A stretch of 64,000 nt of DNA from Bacteroidia bacterium (GCA_965279035.1 OZ257142.1:992001-1056000), one strand, 5' to 3'; shown: positions 27,701 through 38,430, numbered from the stretch's first letter. Numbers and translations are program-made. Notes: generated from the letters alone by a model not told the origin.

Positions 27701-28216
27701 ATGCTATTCACGCTTTTCATTTGTGGTATGCCGGGAAGTGGAAAGTCGAAGTTTGGGAAGCGACTTTCGAACAGACTTTTATGGAATTTCATCGACCTCG
27801 ATCAATTCATTGAAGAAGAATCGGGGAGTAGTCCTGCAGAGATTATTCAATCCCAAGGCGAATCGGAATTTCGAATTATTGAATCTGCTTGTTTGCGTAA
27901 AATTCAGCCTGAAGTATTAACGATTGTTTCGTGTGGCGGTGGAACTCCGTGTTTTAACGACAACCTAAACTGGATGAAACAACAAGGAGAACTTGCATTC
28001 ATCGACTTGCCTCTTGCAACATTGAAGCAACGTTTAACTCAATCATCGGATTTAGAAAAACGTCCACTTTTGGGAAATTCAGAAAGTGATTTACAATCGA
28101 ATCTTGAAATTCTTTGGAAATCGAGAGAACCATTTTATCGTCAAATAACTTGGTGGATTGATGGTTTGAAAATCAATCTTTCCGAAATTGAATTGGAAGT
28201 GAGAAGTCGGTTTTGA
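27701..28216 (+). CDS. aroK: Shikimate kinase
   Basis: GMPGSGKS, DLD, GESEFR, SCGGGTPCF, RPLL. Confidence 0.9.
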   Translation: MLFTLFICGMPGSGKSKFGKRLSNRLLWNFIDLDQFIEEESGSSPAEIIQSQGESEFRIIESACLRKIQPEVLTIVSCGGGTPCFNDNLNWMKQQGELAFIDLPLATLKQRLTQSSDLEKRPLLGNSESDLQSNLEILWKSREPFYRQITWWIDGLKINLSEIELEVRSRF

Positions 28217-28218
28217 AT

Positions 28219-28716
28219 TCAATGCAAGAGCACTGAAATTTCATCACTATTCACTTCAACTTCTACATGTTCCTGTAAGGTTGTGGAAAGAGAAAGTCCA
28301 ATGTAATCAGCTTTAATAGGGAATAAATTGTGTGTGCGATCGACTAAAACACAGGTTTGAACCGAATGAAGAGGAAACTGCAAAAAGTAGCGTAAGGCAT
28401 AAGCCATGGTTCTTCCAGAATTCTGAACATCATCAATAATAATTAAGGTAGCATTGTTCAATAAACTTGGTTCAATAGAGCTTATAAGTGGATTACTTAA
28501 AGGATCCGTTTTATTTATTTGTATCGAATGAACGAAATGTTTCGAAGAAGAAAATTTGTTGAGGTATTTACATATAATAGTTGCTATAGCAAATCCTCCT
28601 GTTTGAATTCCTGCGAGAACAAGGTTTGGATTCTTTTGAGTTCTTTCAAGAATTTCCAATGCAATACGTTCAAGTTTCTGATGCGCTTTTTGAGAATCTA
28701 CTATTTGTGAAGGCAT
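28219..28716 (-). CDS. PyrR-like phosphoribosyltransferase
   Basis: RIALEILE, IIDDVQNSGRT, LVDRTH...FPIKADYIG. Confidence 0.85.
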   Translation of the reverse strand: MPSQIVDSQKAHQKLERIALEILERTQKNPNLVLAGIQTGGFAIATIICKYLNKFSSSKHFVHSIQINKTDPLSNPLISSIEPSLLNNATLIIIDDVQNSGRTMAYALRYFLQFPLHSVQTCVLVDRTHNLFPIKADYIGLSLSTTLQEHVEVEVNSDEISVLLH

Positions 28717-28785
28717 GTTTCTAAGTGTGAACGACGAAAATACAAAGTGTTTGAACGATTCCGGTTACCTTTGTTTTAAGTTGGT

Positions 28786-29493
28786 ATGATTCAGCGTATT
28801 TGCATTTTATTATTTCCTTTGATTTTCTTTTTCAAGAATTCATCGCAGGCTCAGGATCAGCTTTTTCTGCGTAATGGAGATGGCATTTTAGATTGCTACA
28901 TATTGAGTGTTTCTGATTCAATCATCTTATTTAGAACCCTCGATCCTACCGATAAACATGAATATGAAATCCCCTATGCTGATACTTATGGGTATTTGCT
29001 AGAAGATGCTGGGCGATTACAATCTGCACAAGATAATGCCTCGAATTTTCAACTCATCTTCTCCCATGAAAAATCGAAACGTCATCCTAAATTCTCTATT
29101 AATCGAGGTCTATTATTTCGTCTCAAAAACGATACTACACTCCTTCCAAGACGTGGTAGAATAACTTCAATTTCTGCCGACAGTATTCAACTAGAAATGA
29201 AACGGAAACATGTCCTCGAACGAGTCAGTTTTGCTTTGAATGATATTGAAATGTTTGGATACACAACAAAGTGGACAGAGTTAGCTACGTTGATTGTTAT
29301 TCCGGCCTCTTCGGTGAAAGAAGGCTCATTACAGTTTTATCGTAAATTATTAATTTCAAAAGGTTGGAAATGGGAAGTGAAATCCATCGCCGAACATGAA
29401 ACACGCTCTTTAAGAGGCAAACGGAAATTCAAACCAGGGCAATTACTCAAATTACCTAAATCCGTCAAAAAGAAGAGTCTCCGTGATAAGTAA
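28786..29493 (+). CDS. Exported hypothetical protein
   Basis: Signal peptide ending AQ-D; DQLFLRNG start; basic C-terminal tail; TACCTTTG upstream. Confidence 0.6.
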   Translation: MIQRICILLFPLIFFFKNSSQAQDQLFLRNGDGILDCYILSVSDSIILFRTLDPTDKHEYEIPYADTYGYLLEDAGRLQSAQDNASNFQLIFSHEKSKRHPKFSINRGLLFRLKNDTTLLPRRGRITSISADSIQLEMKRKHVLERVSFALNDIEMFGYTTKWTELATLIVIPASSVKEGSLQFYRKLLISKGWKWEVKSIAEHETRSLRGKRKFKPGQLLKLPKSVKKKSLRDK

Positions 29494-30361
29494 GTGTATT
29501 CAATAACTCTTTCAAATCTTCCACTTTATTTGGATATCCTAACTTTTCGTAGGCAGTAATTAAATTCCGAAGTTGTCGTTGAATAATATTGACGTTACTG
29601 CAGCTTTCGTAAAATATCCGGTTGGGTTCTAGCTTGAGTTGCTTCAAAAACGTATCAATTTCCATTCTGCTAAAAACAGCTCCTTTACTAAATGGATTGA
29701 TGTAAAATAGTATCGCCTCTTCTTCATCGGGTGATTCTCTTAGAATATATTCATCCCGATAAGCCAAAATAAAATGCTCAGGCAAATTCACTCCATAAAT
29801 TGGAATATTGAGCCCTTGAGCGATGCAGGAATATAAAATACTTAACAAGAGCGGATTTCCTCGTTTGCTTTCCAATACATTATTAATGTAGGAATTCTGA
29901 GGAGCATGATAATTACTCGTATTTCCTGTAAAATTGTAAACATCAAACAGGATGTGATTAATCACCCGAACCTTTTCAAATGCAGTGAGGTTTGGATTTA
30001 ATTCTAGCCAAACATCTTTTCGAATAAGCTCTATTTGTTGTCGAATATTTTCTTCATCCAAATCGGGATATTGATACCGTGCAATCAGCAGTGTGCCTTG
30101 CAAAAGATCAATTCCTCCCGTAGCTGCCCATAATTTTAATTCTTCTTGTGTAGAACTAAATTGAATGGTTTGTATGATGTCTTCTATCCGACTTTGAAGC
30201 GTATTGTTGAATGTGTTTTCCCACACATTTTCCAATGCTGGAATTACCTCATTTCCCATAGAAAGCAATCGCTCTCTGATTTCACCAAAAATTTCTTCAT
30301 CTGGATCTTCCAGCAAAAGAATCATGGCGTGTAAAGATTTATCGTTCTCTTTTTCCATCAA
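29465..30361 (-). CDS. SirB1/transglutaminase-like family protein
   Basis: NSYINNVLESKRGNPLLLS, GVNLPEHF, YINPFSKG. Confidence 0.85.
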   Translation of the reverse strand: MMEKENDKSLHAMILLLEDPDEEIFGEIRERLLSMGNEVIPALENVWENTFNNTLQSRIEDIIQTIQFSSTQEELKLWAATGGIDLLQGTLLIARYQYPDLDEENIRQQIELIRKDVWLELNPNLTAFEKVRVINHILFDVYNFTGNTSNYHAPQNSYINNVLESKRGNPLLLSILYSCIAQGLNIPIYGVNLPEHFILAYRDEYILRESPDEEEAILFYINPFSKGAVFSRMEIDTFLKQLKLEPNRIFYESCSNVNIIQRQLRNLITAYEKLGYPNKVEDLKELLNTLTYHGDSSF

Positions 30362-31230
30362 GCACTTAAACGATCTAAAACGGAAATAATTAAATTTTCC
30401 ATTACAGGCTTATAGTCTTTACTGTATTCCAATGTAGCTCTATTGGCTATGATCGCACAAGCAGTTGCTGATCGATGTCCTAATAACCGCGACAAACCAA
30501 ACAAAGCCGATGTTTCCATTTCGAAATTGGTAATGAGCAATCCATCCTTCTCAAAATCCATCATACGTTCATTCAAATCAGGAACTGCAGGCTTTAATCG
30601 CAACGTTCTTCCTTGTGGTCCATAAAAACCGCATGCAGTAGCTGTAATTCCAGTATAATATCCCGGTTTCAATTTATCAAAAAGTGCCTGATTCGCTTCC
30701 ACTAAATACGGTCTATTGAGAGATTCAGGTAATCGAAGTTGTTTCAAAATGGCTGATAATATTGCTTTTTCCCGATCGTTTTCTTCGAATGAATAAAAAT
30801 GTAATAATCCATCGAAACCCAATCCGTGTGTACTCACAATAACACTATCAACTGGAATATCTTTCACTAAAGTTCCTGAAGTGCCAATGCGAACAATGTC
30901 GAGCGAGCGATGTAAATCTAAAATTCGCCTGTTTTTAAGGTCGATATTCACAAGTGCATCCAGCTCATTCATCACGATATCCAAATTATCAGTGCCTATT
31001 CCTGTGGAAATCGCTGAAATTCTTTTGCCACGATAGCTACCCGTATGTGTGACAAACTCACGGTTTTGAACGCGACATTCGATTGAATCGAAATGCTTGG
31101 AAATGGTTTCAACTCGACCTTGATCGCCTACAACAATAATGGTATCAGCAAGTTGATCAGGTTGAAGTTTTAGATGGTAAATGCTGCCATCAGGATTTAA
31201 AACCAATTCGGAACTAGGGAGTGTCTTCAA
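30358..31230 (-). CDS. Nucleoside (uridine-type) phosphorylase; start probably TTG 31230
   Basis: SELVLNPDGSIYHL, VGDQGRV, STGIGTDN, RIGTSG, FYGPQGR, NFEMETSA. Confidence 0.88.
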   Translation of the reverse strand: MKTLPSSELVLNPDGSIYHLKLQPDQLADTIIVVGDQGRVETISKHFDSIECRVQNREFVTHTGSYRGKRISAISTGIGTDNLDIVMNELDALVNIDLKNRRILDLHRSLDIVRIGTSGTLVKDIPVDSVIVSTHGLGFDGLLHFYSFEENDREKAILSAILKQLRLPESLNRPYLVEANQALFDKLKPGYYTGITATACGFYGPQGRTLRLKPAVPDLNERMMDFEKDGLLITNFEMETSALFGLSRLLGHRSATACAIIANRATLEYSKDYKPVMENLIISVLDRLSA

Positions 31231-31274
31231 GTTCTTATGCTTACTTTTGTGCGATTTTAAAGTAAACATTCTGC

Positions 31275-32156
31275 ATGAACACAACAAAAAAAATCCTGCT
31301 AGTTCCTATCGACTTTTCTACACAGAGTTTGATCGCTCTCAACCACGCCGAAGAAATGTCAAAAGCTTTTCAAGGAGAAATTTATCTACTGCATGTTTCT
31401 GAAGAACAAAGTCTGATATCCAGTTTGTTTTCTCGTGAAGATGAAGATAAACTTCAAAATGAGGTGTGGAGAAAAATGACCGAATTAGCTCAATTCACCG
31501 AAGCAAAGAGTAAAGTCAGAACTACACCCTTAGTTGCCAAAGGGAAAATATATGAGGAAATAGTGCGCGCAGCTGAATTGGTTGGTGCAACGTTTATCAT
31601 TATGGGTACAAATGGCTCGGATGGAATTCGTAAACGTTTTATTGGTTCGAATGCCCTTCGCGTTGTGAGAGAATCTCGTACTCCTGTAATTACAATTAAA
31701 GGACAGCCAGAATACAAAGGCATCCGTTCCATTGTATTGCCACTCGATCTTTCTAAAGAAACACGTGAAAAAGTGAATAAGGCAATCGAATTATCTCGCT
31801 TTTTTAATGCGAATATTCATGTTATTTCTGTTTTACTAACGGATTCCGAAGAAGTCGTTACGAAGCTGAAACTTCAAATGGCTCAAGTAAATAGCTTCCT
31901 TACCAAAGCAGAAGTTGAACATACAACCGAAACAATTATTGCAACTGAAAAAAGCGAGGGTCTTGTTCATGAGCTACTTAACTATGCTCAAAAAGTGAAT
32001 GGTGATTTAATAATGATCATGACTCAACAAGAAACCAACTTTACAGAAATGTTTATTGGTTCTGCTGCTCAAGAAGTAATTAGTTCCTCCGAAATTCCTG
32101 TTTGTAGTATAATTCCAACAGTAAAAAAAGATACAAGTGTCTTTGTTCCTTATTGA
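31275..32156 (+). CDS. Universal stress protein (two USP domains)
   Basis: LLVPIDFS, IIMGTNGSDG...FIGSNA; second domain IVLPLD...FIGSAA. Confidence 0.9.
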   Translation: MNTTKKILLVPIDFSTQSLIALNHAEEMSKAFQGEIYLLHVSEEQSLISSLFSREDEDKLQNEVWRKMTELAQFTEAKSKVRTTPLVAKGKIYEEIVRAAELVGATFIIMGTNGSDGIRKRFIGSNALRVVRESRTPVITIKGQPEYKGIRSIVLPLDLSKETREKVNKAIELSRFFNANIHVISVLLTDSEEVVTKLKLQMAQVNSFLTKAEVEHTTETIIATEKSEGLVHELLNYAQKVNGDLIMIMTQQETNFTEMFIGSAAQEVISSSEIPVCSIIPTVKKDTSVFVPY

Positions 32157-32177
32157 GATTGAACTTTAGTCTTTTTC

Positions 32178-32214
32178 AAATCCCTATGAATATAGCTATT
32201 TATAGGGATTTTTT
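32178..32214 (+). terminator. Intrinsic terminator
   Basis: AAATCCCTAT...ATAGGGATTT followed by T-run. Confidence 0.7.
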
Positions 32215-32282
32215 GATTTTGGGAATATGATGCGAATAGTTTAGGTTTGTAAAAAGCTATTCTTTATTAAAATTCTTTCACT

Positions 32283-33170
32283 ATGAATTCGCTCGATATA
32301 AAACGGATCCTAATTCCGACAGATTTCTCCGAAACCGCAGAACTTGCTTTGGAACATGCTGTTAAAATGGCTCGCCTGCTCGACTCTGAAATTACTTTAT
32401 TGCACGTCGTTTCCACTTTTGCTTTTCGAGTTAATTTACCCGAAGTGGATATTGATGAAGCTCAGAATACCAAATTATCTGGTGCAATTGGTTCAAAACT
32501 AAATCGAATTGCAGAAGAATTAAAAGCCAAAGAAGGAATTCGTATTACAACGATGGTTACATCAGGTCGTATACGTGAAGAAGTAGTTCGAATAGCGGAA
32601 GAAATAGATGCCGATTTAATCATTATCGGAACACATGGCGTTTCTGGTTTACGCGAATTCTTTATGGGTAGTAATGCTTTTCGTATCGTTTCTGAAGCGG
32701 GATGTCCAGTTCTATCTGTGCAAGACAGTGGTCATCCAGTTGGTTTTACGAACATCATTGTTCCAATCGATAATTCATTTCATTCTCGTGAAAAACTTGG
32801 AATATCGGTGAGATTAGCTCGTCTTTATGGAGCAACTCTCCATATCTGCGGACTTCGTTCACACGATCATTCTGATTCTGATATCAATGCAAAATTCAGA
32901 ATGAAAATGAAGCAGGTGGAAGATTTTCTGAAAGAGAAAGATGTAAAGTATACCGCAACTACCATCAATTGCAGCAACATTGCCAAAGCAACAATGGATT
33001 TTGCTGCTGAAAACAATGCGGATCTTATCGTCATCATGAACGAGCAAGAAATAAATTCAACAGGATTCTTCATGGGGCCATACGCTCAACAAGTTGTTAA
33101 TCACAGTAAAATCCCCGTGTTGAGTATTCGTCCAACTACTGGTTTGATTAATTCTGTTACGCCTTACTAA
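32283..33170 (+). CDS. Universal stress protein (two USP domains), paralog
   Basis: ILIPTDFS, IIIGTHGVSG...FMGSNA; own TTTG-N20-TAGGTTTG promoter (32218-32249). Confidence 0.9.
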   Translation: MNSLDIKRILIPTDFSETAELALEHAVKMARLLDSEITLLHVVSTFAFRVNLPEVDIDEAQNTKLSGAIGSKLNRIAEELKAKEGIRITTMVTSGRIREEVVRIAEEIDADLIIIGTHGVSGLREFFMGSNAFRIVSEAGCPVLSVQDSGHPVGFTNIIVPIDNSFHSREKLGISVRLARLYGATLHICGLRSHDHSDSDINAKFRMKMKQVEDFLKEKDVKYTATTINCSNIAKATMDFAAENNADLIVIMNEQEINSTGFFMGPYAQQVVNHSKIPVLSIRPTTGLINSVTPY

Positions 33171-33191
33171 GTTTTCTTCCCATCTTGCAGC

Positions 33192-34403
33192 ATGAACCAA
33201 AGCAGCATTTCTCTGCGAAGTTTATTTCTGCATCACGTAGCTCAAACTTCTCCTTATCCTCCCATGCTCGAAGTAGATCGGGCTGAAGGCGTCTTTCTAT
33301 ACGACGTTCAGGGTAAACAATACCTCGATTTTATTTCTGGAATTTCAGTAAGCAACGTTGGTCATTGTCATCCCAAGGTAGTCGAAGCCATTCGTTTGCA
33401 ATCGGAGCGGTACATGCATGTGATGGTCTATGGTGAATTTGTTCAAAGTCCTCAAGTTAAACTTGCTCAAGCAATCTCCTCGGTTCTACCTAACAATCTC
33501 GATTCAGTTTATTTCGTCAACTCTGGTGCTGAAGCTACCGAAGGTGCTCTAAAATTAGCCAAACGAGTTACTGGTAGAACAGAGCTCATCGGGTTTAAGA
33601 ATGCATACCACGGGAGTACTCATGGTGCATTGAGTATGATGGGAAGCGAATTTTTCAAACAAGCTTTTCGTCCATTATTGCCCGATGTACGGCACTTGGC
33701 ATTTGGCAATTTTGATGATTTATCGCTCATTACAAAACGAACAGCAGCAGTGCTTGTCGAACCAATTCAAGGTGAAGCGGGAGTGATTGTACCATCTCAA
33801 ATTTGGCTTGAATCGCTCCGGGATCGTTGCAATGAAACAGGCACAATGCTCATCTTTGATGAAATCCAAACAGGTTTTGGACGAACTGGTTCATTCTTCG
33901 CTTTTCAACAGTATCATGTTGTTCCAGATATTTTGTTAATGGCCAAAGGAATGGGTGGCGGATTACCTATCGGTGCATTTGTTTCATCCAAAGAACACAT
34001 GAATGCACTTACGCATTCTCCTATCCTCGGTCATATTACAACCTTTGGAGGAAATGCCGTATGCTGTGCAGCCTCACTTGCCGTGCTTGAACTTCTCATA
34101 AATTCCGACCTCATTGAGCAAGTTCCTGAAAAGGAAAAACTCATTCGAACACGTTTGCAACATTCAGCTATTAAGCAAATACGTGGAAAAGGTCTTTTAT
34201 TAGCATTGGACTTAGGCTCAAACGAAACTGCCCTTCCAGTCATGTCGCGTTGTTTAGAACTTGGTCTCATCACCGACTGGTTTCTTTTCGCCGATCATTG
34301 CCTACGTATTGCTCCACCATTAACCATTACGCACGATGAAATTGAAAAAGGATGCCAGCTCTTTTTACAAGCAATTCGAGAAGTAACAGGAAAAGAAAAT
34401 TAG
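33192..34403 (+). CDS. Class III PLP aminotransferase (acetylornithine aminotransferase-like)
   Basis: NSGAEATEGA, YHGSTHGA, EPIQGEAG, DEIQTGFGRTG, AKGMGGG. Confidence 0.9.
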   Translation: MNQSSISLRSLFLHHVAQTSPYPPMLEVDRAEGVFLYDVQGKQYLDFISGISVSNVGHCHPKVVEAIRLQSERYMHVMVYGEFVQSPQVKLAQAISSVLPNNLDSVYFVNSGAEATEGALKLAKRVTGRTELIGFKNAYHGSTHGALSMMGSEFFKQAFRPLLPDVRHLAFGNFDDLSLITKRTAAVLVEPIQGEAGVIVPSQIWLESLRDRCNETGTMLIFDEIQTGFGRTGSFFAFQQYHVVPDILLMAKGMGGGLPIGAFVSSKEHMNALTHSPILGHITTFGGNAVCCAASLAVLELLINSDLIEQVPEKEKLIRTRLQHSAIKQIRGKGLLLALDLGSNETALPVMSRCLELGLITDWFLFADHCLRIAPPLTITHDEIEKGCQLFLQAIREVTGKEN

Positions 34404-34405
34404 TC

Positions 34406-35353
34406 TTACTCGACCAAACCTCGCCCAGCCTTAGAAATACGCTTATCACGCTTAAAATCGATGACTATCTTGTCCAAAATACCATTGATAAATGTTTTGC
34501 TTTGCGGACTACTATAGTCTTTCGACATTTCAATGTATTCGTCTAAGGTTACTTTTACGGGAATGGAAGTGAATTCAGTCAATTCGCAAATGGCCATTTT
34601 CATGAGAATGATATCCATTTTGGCAACGCGATCTATCTCCCAATTTTGGGTTCGCTTGGCTATTTCCTGAAGATATTCTTCACTATGTAGGATTGTTTTA
34701 CGGAATAATTCAGTGGCAAATTTCCGATCCTCTTCGGCTTCTTTATGCAAAGGCTGAAGCTTGAAATTTTCTGATGCTGTTTCAGGAATACCTTTTAACG
34801 TCTTGAAAATGCCCGCTTGCATCAATTCAATATCATCCAACCAATAAATACTTCGCTCCTCAAAATACTGTGCAAGCGATTCGGATGGGAAAATATAAGT
34901 TTCGAATAAATGCATCACGATTTCTTTATCGTCTTCGAAACTAACCTCGTCCTTTTCTAAATAAATTCTGAAAGCATCATCATCTTTGAAAGAATAGTAA
35001 AGCTTCTTGATAAGTTCTTGCTGTCCATCCCAGGAGATTTTGAGCTTCGTTGACTTCTGGCTCAACTCATCATTTCCAGCAATTGCCAGGATAATGCGGT
35101 TGTTCACAAAATTCATCTTCGGATTCAAATCTTCCTGAGTTGGCAGTCTTTTCTGTGATCGCTCGAACAAAAAACCTTCAGCAAAATGTTTTAGTTCTGG
35201 AAGTAAAACCAGATAATACAGATATACTTCATACACCTTATCAATGCTATGAAATAACTCCTTCTCACCTAAAACTACCTGATTATTATCCGATTGAAAG
35301 AACGCGTACAGCGACTTCATCACTTTCTCACGGATATGCCTTCTGTTGAGCAT
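34406..35353 (-). CDS. nusB: Transcription antitermination factor NusB (long Bacteroidota form)
   Basis: MLNRRHIREKV, NWEIDR, IPVKVTLDEYIE, FINGILD. Confidence 0.93.
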   Translation of the reverse strand: MLNRRHIREKVMKSLYAFFQSDNNQVVLGEKELFHSIDKVYEVYLYYLVLLPELKHFAEGFLFERSQKRLPTQEDLNPKMNFVNNRIILAIAGNDELSQKSTKLKISWDGQQELIKKLYYSFKDDDAFRIYLEKDEVSFEDDKEIVMHLFETYIFPSESLAQYFEERSIYWLDDIELMQAGIFKTLKGIPETASENFKLQPLHKEAEEDRKFATELFRKTILHSEEYLQEIAKRTQNWEIDRVAKMDIILMKMAICELTEFTSIPVKVTLDEYIEMSKDYSSPQSKTFINGILDKIVIDFKRDKRISKAGRGLVE

Positions 35354-35362
35354 TTGTGGAAT

Positions 35363-36472
35363 TTAAAACGATAATTTAATACGACCAATATCTTCCATCC
35401 TGCGCTCTGCAAGACGTTTGGCTGCATTGATTGTTGGAATATTTTCGGACTTAGCAATGCGAAATACATTCTGAGCTGCATTGTAAATATTCTCCGTTGC
35501 ACTCATAGCTCGATCACGATTATATCCTTCCAACTCAATTGAAACATTGATTAATCCACCTGCATTAATCAAAAAATCGGGAGCATATAAAATTCCTTTT
35601 TGTAGACAAAGTGCCCCATGAATTGTTTCGTCGGCTAATTGATTATTTGCTGCTCCTGCAATTACAGAACAACGCAAACGATTCAACGAATCATTATTCA
35701 AGGTAGCTCCCAAAGCACAAGGTGCATATATGTCAATGTCTAAATCGAACATGCTCGATGAATCTACAACTTGAACTTTGTATTCAGCCGAAACTGCTTT
35801 CAAATTATCTTCATTGATATCGTTCACATAGATCACTGCATTTTCTTTCGATAAGTAACCAACTAAATGGTGTCCTACCTTACCAATCCCTTGAACTAAA
35901 ATCTTTTTTCCTTCAAGGCTGTCGTTACCATATGCTTCTTTGGCAGACGATTTCATCCCCAAATAAACACCATAAGCAGTAACAGGTGATGGATCGCCTC
36001 CGCCACCTAAAAATTCAGGAAGTCCAGTAACGTACTTGGTCTCCATGGCAATGTATTCCATGTCTTTGGTGCCAACACCAACATCTTCGGCAGTTATATA
36101 ACGACCAGCTAGGCCATCAACAAACTTCCCGAATCGACGCATTAAAGCTTCCGATTTCTGAGTTTTGGCATCACCAATAATGACCGCTTTTCCACCACCG
36201 AGATTCAATCCCGTTATGGCTGCTTTGTATGACATACCTCGCGAAAGTCGTAATACATCTGTAAGCGCTTCCGCTTCATTGTTATACGCCCACATGCGGG
36301 TGCCGCCAAGTGCCGGTCCTAGTTGGGTGTTGTGAATCGCAATAATGGCTTTTAAACCAGTTGCCTGATCGTAAAAATGAACCACCTGTTCGTGACCTAA
36401 AGCCTGCATGCTTTCGATTACTGAGCTCTTTGCATCGGCCTTTACAGATGGGAGTTCCTGTGTATTGGGCAT
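35363..36472 (-). CDS. Leu/Phe/Val dehydrogenase
   Basis: GPALGGTR, GMSYK, GGGKAVI, TAEDVG, GAANNQL, NAGG. Confidence 0.93.
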   Translation of the reverse strand: MPNTQELPSVKADAKSSVIESMQALGHEQVVHFYDQATGLKAIIAIHNTQLGPALGGTRMWAYNNEAEALTDVLRLSRGMSYKAAITGLNLGGGKAVIIGDAKTQKSEALMRRFGKFVDGLAGRYITAEDVGVGTKDMEYIAMETKYVTGLPEFLGGGGDPSPVTAYGVYLGMKSSAKEAYGNDSLEGKKILVQGIGKVGHHLVGYLSKENAVIYVNDINEDNLKAVSAEYKVQVVDSSSMFDLDIDIYAPCALGATLNNDSLNRLRCSVIAGAANNQLADETIHGALCLQKGILYAPDFLINAGGLINVSIELEGYNRDRAMSATENIYNAAQNVFRIAKSENIPTINAAKRLAERRMEDIGRIKLSF

Positions 36473-36621
36473 AAGAGATGAATTTGGGAGAATTTGTTTT
36501 GGGGAATATGCGGAAGAAATTTGATACTTTTGTCCTCTCGAAGATTAGCCGCCTTTCCTTTGCGGGGCACAAAAGTAGCTGATTTTTCAAACCCCGCAAC
36601 AGTAAGCCTTAGAGGGCGTTC

Positions 36622-38430
36622 ATGAAATCGTTAAAATTTCTTAATCCCTATTTTCGTAAATACAGAACCCGACTCATCCTCGGCTCGCTGTTCGTTACTA
36701 TTTCCAATATTTTCGCCATGTATCCGGCCGAAATACTGAGGAAAGGAATCGACCTTGTTCAAGAAGGTGTTTCCATTTATTTTCTTTTCGATCAATTCGA
36801 TTTACGCGAAAATCTGAAAAGTAATTTCTTTTCCATGTTGCTCCTTTTTGGGCTCATCGTCATCATTACCGCCCTCATCAAAGGATTATTCATGTTTTTT
36901 ATGCGACAAACAATCATTGTCATGTCGCGCCTGATTGAATACGATCTTAAAAACGACATATTCGCCCATTACCAAAAACTCGATCTGGCTTTTTATAAGA
37001 AAAATAAAACCGGCGATCTTATGGCACGCATAAGCGAAGATGTGAGTCAAGTGCGCATGTATGTTGGTCCTGCTATTATGTATGCCATCAGTACAATCAG
37101 CCTATTTATACTAGTCACTGCACGTATGTTGAGTATCAATGTCGAACTCACCATTTATGTGCTAACACCTTTGCCAATACTAGCAATCACCATCTATTTG
37201 GTAAACACTAAAATCATCCGCAAAAGCGAAGCAGTTCAAAAACAACTTTCCGTTATCTCTTCTTTCGTTCAGGAAATGTTTTCAGGAATACGTGTCATCA
37301 AAGCATACAATCGCGAAGAATTCACCCGAAATAAATTTGGTTTCGAAGCTCAGGAATACCGCAAACGCAACGTTGAACTCGTACGTACAAATGCACTTTT
37401 CTTTCCGCTAATCATCTTGCTCATTGGCTTAAGCACCTTGATTACGCTCTATCTCGGTGGACAAAAAGTGTTCTCAGGCGAAATCACGACCGGAATCATT
37501 GCCGAATTCATCATGTATGTCAATATGCTCACTTGGCCCGTTGCATCCATTGGTTGGGTTACGTCCATCGTGCAACGCGCTGCTGCATCTCAAACCCGAA
37601 TCAACGAGTTCCTTAGTCAAGAACCGACAATCCAAAATCCTCAAGAAACGCATCAAAATATTCTCGGTAAAATAGAATTTCGAAATGTTGACTTTATCTA
37701 TCCCGACAGCGGAATTCAAGCACTCAACAAAGTGAGTTTTGAGATCAATCAGGGAAAATCGCTCGCCATTGTTGGTCGCACTGGAGCTGGAAAATCAAGC
37801 ATTGCGTCACTCATCAGTCGACTTTATGATGTGACTTCGGGTGATATTTTGATCGATAACAACTCCATCAAAACCATCAACCTGAACGATTTGCGTAGTG
37901 CAATTGGCTATGTGCCTCAAGAAGTTTTTCTTTTCTCCGAAACCATCACGAAAAATATTGCCTTCGGTTTGAAAGATGAAACCGATCCAGCAATCATTCA
38001 GCAAAAAGTGGAAGAAGCCGCGCGCGATTCGGCTATTTACGATTCAATCATGGAATTTCCTTCAGGCTTTCAAACCAAAGTGGGCGAACGTGGACTCACG
38101 CTTTCGGGCGGACAAAAACAACGAATTTCCATTGCACGCGCCATTGTTCGCAAACCGGCAATCCTCATTTTCGACGATTGTTTAAGCGCCGTCGATACCG
38201 AAACCGAAGAGCAAATTCTTGGAAACCTGCGCCGAATCATGAAAGGCAGCACAACCATCATCATTTCTCACCGCATTTCTTCCGTTAAACAATGCGACGA
38301 AATCATTGTGCTCGATCATGGTCAAATTGCCGAACGTGGAAATCACCAACAACTCATTGAACTCGGCGGCATGTATGCTCAGATGCATCAAAAACAATTA
38401 CTCGATAGCGAAATCACTCAGTTCAATTAA
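36622..38430 (+). CDS. ABC exporter, fused TMD-NBD (MdlA-like)
   Basis: TGDLMARISED, GRTGAGKS, LSGGQKQR, FDDCLSAVD, SHR. Confidence 0.93.
   Translation: MKSLKFLNPYFRKYRTRLILGSLFVTISNIFAMYPAEILRKGIDLVQEGVSIYFLFDQFDLRENLKSNFFSMLLLFGLIVIITALIKGLFMFFMRQTIIVMSRLIEYDLKNDIFAHYQKLDLAFYKKNKTGDLMARISEDVSQVRMYVGPAIMYAISTISLFILVTARMLSINVELTIYVLTPLPILAITIYLVNTKIIRKSEAVQKQLSVISSFVQEMFSGIRVIKAYNREEFTRNKFGFEAQEYRKRNVELVRTNALFFPLIILLIGLSTLITLYLGGQKVFSGEITTGIIAEFIMYVNMLTWPVASIGWVTSIVQRAAASQTRINEFLSQEPTIQNPQETHQNILGKIEFRNVDFIYPDSGIQALNKVSFEINQGKSLAIVGRTGAGKSSIASLISRLYDVTSGDILIDNNSIKTINLNDLRSAIGYVPQEVFLFSETITKNIAFGLKDETDPAIIQQKVEEAARDSAIYDSIMEFPSGFQTKVGERGLTLSGGQKQRISIARAIVRKPAILIFDDCLSAVDTETEEQILGNLRRIMKGSTTIIISHRISSVKQCDEIIVLDHGQIAERGNHQQLIELGGMYAQMHQKQLLDSEITQFN

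Noticed and set aside
36282-36599. 105-aa alternative-frame ORF overlapping leucine dehydrogenase, and similar short shadow ORFs throughout the track
   Set aside because: They overlap well-supported genes, have no recognisable motifs and mostly use non-ATG starts
36622-38430. Apparently higher GC in the ABC exporter as a sign of horizontal transfer
   Set aside because: Impression only, not computed; no mobility genes or boundary repeats
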